Shown one piece after another: positions 8,272-12,582 of a stretch of 12,582 nucleotides of DNA. This DNA comes from Myxococcota bacterium. GTDB lineage: Bacteria; Myxococcota; XYA12-FULL-58-9; JABJBS01. The DNA lies in the NCBI GenBank assembly GCA_036339465.1, contig JAYZAY010000084.1, positions 1-12,582 of the forward strand. The letters run 5' to 3'. Each line of letters starts with the position of its first letter. Position 1 is the first letter of the stretch. The notes beneath the pieces are model-generated. The model did no database searches. It was not told the DNA's origin and saw only the letters and a list, made by a program, of their open reading frames with translations. A program made the translations under genes and the position numbers.

Positions 8272-8553
8272 ATGCCTATCCATCGAATGTTTCTTGCTAT
8301 TTTTGCGTTGCTATTACTGCCCACAGGAAATGCTCACGCCTACATTGATCCGGGTACCGGCAGCTTCATTGTCCAAATGCTTATTGCGAGCATTTTAGGC
8401 GCCGTGTTTACGGTGAAGCTCTGGATTGGCTCGATCAAGAACTTCTTTGTTCGCTTAGTAGGAGGTGGGCACAAGTCAGAGACGGATCGAGAGCCCTCCC
8501 CCATCTCCGACCAAGGCAATCTTACCACCCATAAAGAGTCTTCGAACGCGTGA
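8272..8553 (+). CDS. Small membrane protein with signal peptide and YIDPGTGS motif
   Basis: Hydrophobic leader ending in AHA, then YIDPGTGS, one TM helix and KLWIGSIKNFF. GGAG at 8262-8265 favours ATG 8272 over 8260. Its stop overlaps the next ATG (TGATG). Confidence 0.85.
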   Translation: MPIHRMFLAIFALLLLPTGNAHAYIDPGTGSFIVQMLIASILGAVFTVKLWIGSIKNFFVRLVGGGHKSETDREPSPISDQGNLTTHKESSNA

Positions 8554-9986
8554 TGACGACAACAACTGCTGCGACAACAACTGCTGCGACAACAACTGCT
8601 GCGACAACAACGCTCCCCGGCTCGTTTCGTGACCCTGCTGGATTTCTATTTTGTCGCAAAGGGATACTCTATCGGCAAATCAACGAGGGCTATGCGCCAA
8701 GTTACGAGCTTTTGCGCTCATCGGGCCTTTACGATGAACTGGTTAACAAGAAGTGGCTCATTGCTCACGACGAGGTGGATAAGGAGAAAGCTCTGACCGA
8801 TGACGCCTATCAGGTCATTGAGCCGGAGCTATTACCCTTTATTTCTTATCCGTATGAGTGGTCTTTTAGTCAACTTAAGGATGCTGCACGCCTTACTTTG
8901 GATATCCAGGAGGCCGCATTTGCAAAGAAGCTATCTTTGCGTGATGCCAGCGCCTACAACGTACAGTTCCTCGAAGGTAAACCGGTTTTTATCGACACCC
9001 TCTCTTTTGAACCTTTGGTTGAGGGACAACCGTGGGTGGCTTATCGACAGTTCTGCCAACACTTTGTGGCGCCTTTGGCGTTGATGAGTCGAGTAGATAT
9101 TCGCTTAGGCCAGCTGCTTCGGGTTCATATCGACGGCATTCCACTGGATCTTGCGAGCAGCCTTCTTCCCGCCATGTCAAAATGGAATCTTTCATTGGGC
9201 TTACATATTCATATGCATGCCAAGTCGCAGCAGAAATACGCAGGTGAGGCCGTTGAAAAAAAACATGTGCAACGTAAGATGACGTCGCGTCAGCTTCTCG
9301 GGCTCTTTGATGGCTTGCGCCAAACAGTCGAGAAACTTCAATGGAAACCAGGTGGCACCGAATGGTACGATTACTATCAAGCAAACAACAACTATGGTCA
9401 TGCGGGTTTAGAGCAGAAAGAGCGTTTGATTGCGGAGTTGATTGCTGAAGCCGATCCCAAAACGGTATGGGATATCGGTGGCAACACTGGGCGTTTCTCG
9501 CGTTTGGCGGCGAACCACGGAGCTCACGTCGTTTGCTGGGATATCGATCCTGGATGCGTTGAAGCCAACTATGGCATGGTAAGTAAGCACGGGGAAAAGA
9601 GCTTACTGCCCTTGCTCCTAGATCTGACGAACCCAAGTCCAGGTATTGGCTGGAACCACGATGAACGGATGTCATTACGACAACGGGGCCCAGTGGATAC
9701 GTTGATGGCGTTGGGATTGATTCACCATCTTGCAATCTCCAACAACACACCACTTCCCCAGGTGGCTAGATTTATGGGGAAATCGAGCACGACACTGATC
9801 ATCGAATTTGTTCCCAAGAGCGATTCGCAGGTGAAAAAACTTCTAACGACTCGCGAGGATATCTTTCCGGATTACAGCCGTGCGGGATTTGAGGTCGCGT
9901 TCCGTGAGGTCTACGAATTTATCCGCGTGGAGGAAATCCCGGGAACTGAGCGAATTATCTACCTCATGAAAAAAAGGAATCAATGA
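8553..9986 (+). CDS. NoeA-like protein: N-terminal kinase-like domain plus class I SAM-dependent methyltransferase
   Basis: SFRDPAGF, PFISYPYEWSFSQLKDAA, LRDASAYN (8937-8960) and FIDTLSF (8988-9008). The SAM motif WDIGGNTG (9468-9491) is followed by WDID, LDLTNPSPGIGW, ALGLIHHL and IIEFVPK. ATG 8553 is coupled to the upstream stop. Confidence 0.88.
   Translation: MTTTTAATTTAATTTAATTTLPGSFRDPAGFLFCRKGILYRQINEGYAPSYELLRSSGLYDELVNKKWLIAHDEVDKEKALTDDAYQVIEPELLPFISYPYEWSFSQLKDAARLTLDIQEAAFAKKLSLRDASAYNVQFLEGKPVFIDTLSFEPLVEGQPWVAYRQFCQHFVAPLALMSRVDIRLGQLLRVHIDGIPLDLASSLLPAMSKWNLSLGLHIHMHAKSQQKYAGEAVEKKHVQRKMTSRQLLGLFDGLRQTVEKLQWKPGGTEWYDYYQANNNYGHAGLEQKERLIAELIAEADPKTVWDIGGNTGRFSRLAANHGAHVVCWDIDPGCVEANYGMVSKHGEKSLLPLLLDLTNPSPGIGWNHDERMSLRQRGPVDTLMALGLIHHLAISNNTPLPQVARFMGKSSTTLIIEFVPKSDSQVKKLLTTREDIFPDYSRAGFEVAFREVYEFIRVEEIPGTERIIYLMKKRNQ
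8557..8611 (+). repeat. Perfect in-frame 15-bp tandem repeat (3 copies plus 10 bp)
   Basis: CGACAACAACTGCTG at 8557, 8572 and 8587, with a partial copy at 8602. It encodes (TTTAA)n at the N-terminus of the NoeA-like protein. Confidence 0.95.
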
Positions 9987-10006
9987 GCAGGAATCTTAGT
10001 AAGCTT

Positions 10007-10030
10007 GAGGCGGTACGGTGACGCCTTTTT
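10007..10030 (+). terminator. Putative intrinsic terminator of the YIDPGTGS/NoeA-like operon
   Basis: AGGCG-gtacggtga-CGCCT followed by TTTT and a T-rich tail, about 20 bp after the stop at 9986. Confidence 0.5.
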
Positions 10031-10649
10031 CGCTTTATTATTTCAGTTTCAGCTTGAATTATGAAAAATCAGGGGTCGCGTGGTTAGCAGTCTTGGCAAT
10101 AGGTCTCTAGGCCGTGGCTAGGTCCACTGACGCGAAACCCTCGATTATCTGACTGGGTATTCTTATTTTGAGCCATTAAAGCTAGGCTTCCATGCCTATG
10201 GATTGTCTATACCTATGGATTCAAGGTTCCCTGGCTTCAGGAGTGAATCCCGGTTCCTCAAACCCTTCTTAGAGTCGTTCGGCAACCATTTGGTATAACT
10301 TCTGAAACTCGCAATAGGTATTAATATTTCTTCTTCTGGCAACATCTCAAAGACAGGCCCCATCCGTCATCACGGTTTTTCTGTTTTATCAAAAAGGCGG
10401 TCGAGGTGGAGTGCTACCGCGGTAGATGTTACAGGTATTGGCTCTTTGAATAGCCAATACTATTTTATCCTCTTCTTGGCCTCGTCTTTTTTCTCCGGTG
10501 ACCACCTCTTCCACTTTCTTCATAATGATAACTTGTGGTTCTTCGTCAGGCTAATTCTGCCTTATTGACAATGTCGTAAATCCAAATTCGAAGTATTGGT
10601 AGAAGTCTTTGCGTTTAACCGGAGGGGGACTCTTGAGCTTTGAGCCTTT

Positions 10650-10889
10650 CTAGTGCCGAGAAACGATTTGATTAGGAATCGACTCCCGCGCTTTTTCTAA
10701 TAATTGGTCATAGTCGTCGGTTAATATATCTGTTAACTTCGGTTCTAAAATAGATTCGATATCAAAAAGAACCCTCTCCTCGGCGGGGTGTACAACTTCG
10801 TGTTTTTTGTCCCCATTAAATCGCGCAATCCAATCAAAAAAGACCAGAGCTTCATCCTGTGAAAGTTCGATATTTACTCTATTAGACAT
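10650..10889 (-). CDS. Small acidic hypothetical protein (79 aa)
   Basis: ATG with a purine-rich RBS (AAAAGGGGGA). The pattern IELSQDEALVFFDWIARF...AEERVLFDIESILE...DYDQLLEKAR resembles a recurring small accessory-protein family. It has 17 D/E versus 9 K/R. Confidence 0.75.
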   Translation of the reverse strand: MSNRVNIELSQDEALVFFDWIARFNGDKKHEVVHPAEERVLFDIESILEPKLTDILTDDYDQLLEKARESIPNQIVSRH

Positions 10890-11249
10890 GATAAGGTCCC
10901 CCCTTTTAATTGCTTATGTCATTGTTTTGAATTTAACTAAAAATCTGCACTAACCGCCCTAACAACGAAGCCGCTTTTTAAATACGGTGGCAGGATTTCC
11001 TTCCCACATATCTTCTGATTTCTACTCCGGCTTTGTTGGTATGTCTATTGGGGAGATTAAATGAGAGATGAAGCAAAAAGATTAAGCAGGGGGAAACTTT
11101 GTAAATCCAGTGTCACATGACCCCTGTTTGCCCTCGTTTTGATGTTTTGAGACCGATTGTTGTTATTATTCTCGGCTACTGGGTTCATGATTTCCGGTTT
11201 TTCTTGAGCGTTTTAGACGTCGATTACCCCAATGCCGATACCACTGTCT

Positions 11250-11850
11250 CTTTCTACCGGCCTGCTCGGCATACGAAATTGAATTCATTGTGAAAGAGCT
11301 GTAAATGGCGCAATGGATATAAATTATCGAACTCCACCCACTAGGCGGTAAATCCGGTTTCATAAATCCCCGTTTGAAAGCTTTAGATGCAATGCGGTAC
11401 CATGTTTGATTTTGGCTCCCAACATAAGGTTGTTTGCGGTTTGCGGGCCTCGCCACTGATGAGGCTTCTCTGCCAGGCCTTCTTCGCCCCCTTGGGATAA
11501 GAGATAATCAAGGAGGCAAGGGTGCTATTTTCGGTAGGTAAGGCGGCATGGGTGTAGCGAACGTTGCAAAATGGGCCCGTTAAGGATTGCGGCTTCCCAA
11601 AACGAATAAAAAACAATCTCGTTTGAGAAACCCAGGGAACCGTTAAAACTCTGCAGCCCGACCTTGCACTATCACGCGGAAATGGTTCGAGACAAAAGCG
11701 TCGTAATAGAACCTAAATTTAGCGTGAACGATAATTTTCGCGATGGTTTCTTCAATTCAATCTTTTGGGCCATGCACGAGACGTCGCTTCTGGTTTAGCG
11801 CATCACAGGGGAGATACAAACTTGGGCGACGTAGCGAACATGGTGCTTTA
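11250..11850 (-). pseudogene. Decayed REP-associated tyrosine (Y1 HUH) transposase, RAYT-like
   Basis: Collinear motifs across three minus frames: DAFVSNHFRVIV (11673-11690 core; HUH HFH decayed to HFR), GPFCNVRY (11554-11578; cf. GxFWxxRY) and LDYLLSQGGEEGLAEKPHQWRG (11512 to ~11447; cf. LxYIxxxxVKEGLVxxPxxWPG). There are several stops and frameshifts, and the boundaries are approximate. Confidence 0.7.
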
Positions 11851-12035
11851 TTTGAGGCCCGGCGTAGTGTGCATAAGTGGATTTGATTTGCGATCTTTCA
11901 GGTCGCACTCTTGGAACTTGTCAATTATCTTGAATCCACCTTGAACCGACCTCGAAGTGATTGTAGTCTCCCGCCAAACTGGTCTTGATGCCTGCGTTAA
12001 TCAGGTGATGGGACCTCAAGAAAGGGAGACGACAG

Positions 12036-12443
12036 ATGCTGGGTGAAAAAATTGGAGTGATAAACGGCGATACCGCTACAAAGACCTTACCTGCGGCTAA
12101 TAATGGGGTACCTGTTTTGGAAACATCTACTCAGGGAGCCGGAACTCTTTATGGTATAGATGTACAATCAATGGCTACTTATCAGGCCATGTTGAACAAA
12201 GACGGGTCGTGGCAGGGGGAATGCCCCAACCAAGGCGTTATCATGGCGGCCGATGGCGTAGCGACGTTTACGGCGACCGGTGTGGGTCATATGACAGAGA
12301 ATGGTGGGAATAAGTTCCGCGGTGCAGTCTATTTTCACACCGAAGCGGCTTCTCTTGCAAAACTAAACGGGACCTGTTTTGTCTACGAATGGGACGTGGA
12401 TGCCGATGGCCAAGCAGTTTGGAATATTTGGGAGTGGAGGTAA
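12036..12443 (+). CDS. Conserved hypothetical beta-rich protein (135 aa)
   Basis: AAAGGGAG RBS at 12021-12028. The MLGEKIG start, GxGxG, FRGAVYF, LAKLNG and terminal WEWR resemble a recurring uncharacterised family. Confidence 0.85.
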   Translation: MLGEKIGVINGDTATKTLPAANNGVPVLETSTQGAGTLYGIDVQSMATYQAMLNKDGSWQGECPNQGVIMAADGVATFTATGVGHMTENGGNKFRGAVYFHTEAASLAKLNGTCFVYEWDVDADGQAVWNIWEWR

Positions 12444-12582
12444 ACCCCGAAATCTGTTTACTGCACCGCGAATCAGAATGGCTCGACATCGCTTTGGGTT
12501 TAAAGCATAGGAGATGCGTTGGTTCACTTGTTTTTGTGAAATTGAAACAAATTAACGGACCTGTTCTTTTCGCCATCCCCAG

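Noticed and set aside
8989..9753. 254-aa antisense ORF
   Set aside because: Shadow of the NoeA-like gene with no recognisable motifs. The same applies to the short ORFs overlapping the IS3 genes, sulP and the 644-aa gene.
10600..11040. attC sites around the 79-aa gene
   Set aside because: GTTRRRY-like heptamers exist, but I could not pair complementary R and L boxes.
11166..11616. ORFs 11166..11456 and 11383..11616 as independent genes
   Set aside because: Better explained as pieces of the frameshifted RAYT pseudogene.

Overview
Accessory, mobile-element-scarred bacterial region of roughly 50% GC. Left to right: a decayed IS91/ISCR-type transposase 3' end with an oriIS-like motif, abutting a decayed UvrD-like helicase fragment; an apparently intact IS3-family element (orfA/orfB, -1 frameshift site); a REP-like repeat pair enclosing a long hairpin; a very short, once-frameshifted RHS-core gene with a lipoprotein-like leader and no neighbouring immunity gene; a stuttered AT-rich repeat array; a SulP anion transporter with a candidate leader RNA; a second, orphan oriIS-like motif; a divergent three-gene module (membrane sulfatase/phosphotransferase-like protein, small YIDPGTGS membrane peptide, NoeA-like kinase-like/methyltransferase fusion); a small acidic protein; a heavily decayed REP-associated tyrosine transposase (RAYT) that is not visible as one ORF; and a conserved hypothetical beta-rich protein. 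The best candidates for an uncharacterised system are the three-gene module, the mini-RHS gene and the HUH/REP/oriIS remnants. All family assignments come from recalled motifs; no database search was run.
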